From the IMG/VR virus record IMGVR_UViG_3300008255_000196, positions 1 through 44,243 of that record: a stretch of 44,243 nt of DNA; one strand, given 5' to 3'. The notes below the pieces were generated by a model. That model was not told the origin of the DNA. It did no database searches and was given only the letters and a program-made list of their open reading frames with translations. This document shows positions 44,027-44,243 of this stretch, one piece after another. The stretch comes from a virus. Taxonomy: Duplodnaviria > Caudoviricetes. The position numbers and the translations under genes are program-made. Positions within the stretch are counted from its first letter, which is position 1. Every line of letters starts with the position of its first letter.

Positions 44027-44243
44027 AGGAACAAGCACCAAGGCCAAGAAGAAAGACACCGCGCCGGGAAAGAACACAATTACCCCAGACCGCACAGTCC
44101 CGAAAGAGGCGACCCGAAGATCGCCCCTTTTTAAGCATAACCACAGCGCGCGTCAAGTCCTAATAAGTAGCAGTTGCTCTTATACAGACCTTGCCTGCCT
44201 TTAGGCCAGGATCCCACGCACCGATCATACCGAGCAACACCTC
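44027..44243. repeat. Terminal duplication, right copy (A and B joined, empty allele)
   Basis: 44027-44129 = 1-103 and 44130-44243 = 1135-1248. Confidence 0.97.

Noticed and set aside
43648-44095. ORFs 43648-43923 and 43868-44095 as genes
   Set aside because: Non-ATG starts, downstream of a terminator, in a skewed region where an A-poor strand lacks stop codons by chance
1-44243. Plus-strand ORFs in the track and short alternative-frame minus ORFs
   Set aside because: They are shadows of longer motif-bearing minus-strand genes and show no recognisable motifs or start signals
44027-44243. Simple circular overlap or ordinary direct terminal repeat
   Set aside because: The match to the left end is interrupted by 1031 bp, so a plain overlap does not explain it; kept as a finding with an assembly caveat
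1-44243. Stop-codon reassignment or CRISPR array
   Set aside because: Genes are intact and densely packed under the standard code; no regularly spaced repeat-spacer array seen

Overview
The window appears to be an essentially complete, circularly permuted genome of a short-tailed (podovirus-like) dsDNA phage: 44,026 bp if the ends are joined at the duplicated segment 1-103 = 44027-44129. Nearly all credible genes are on the minus strand. In minus-strand order it carries a DnaQ-like exonuclease, a C5-cytosine methyltransferase, a GpA-like terminase large subunit, portal, major capsid and decoration/fibre genes, a four-gene glycosylation cluster, scaffold, adaptor and nozzle, ejection proteins, a lysis module (GH25 endolysin, holin), a structured ~0.75 kb non-coding control region, SSB, GroES/GroEL, a NinG-like nuclease, a terS-like gene, a CAP-domain membrane protein, an aberrant tRNA and a compositionally distinct three-gene cassette. 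I recognise no integrase, polymerase, primase, helicase or initiator. A Patescibacteria (CPR)-type host is plausible from the leaderless promoters and gene content, but this is inference. Most notable observations: (1) a 1986-aa probable ejection protein fusing an HPD-motif J-domain, a Dam-like adenine methyltransferase and a GH19 muramidase, alongside phage-encoded GroES/GroEL; (2) the two contig ends show the same promoter-terminator slot either empty or filled with a 1031-bp three-gene cassette; (3) an intact tRNA body whose anticodon arm is expanded by 3 nt; (4) a hairpin-rich leader with boxA-like sites, an antisense sRNA and a G-tract that may be an RNA-controlled origin. All domain calls are motif recognition by eye; no database searches were run.
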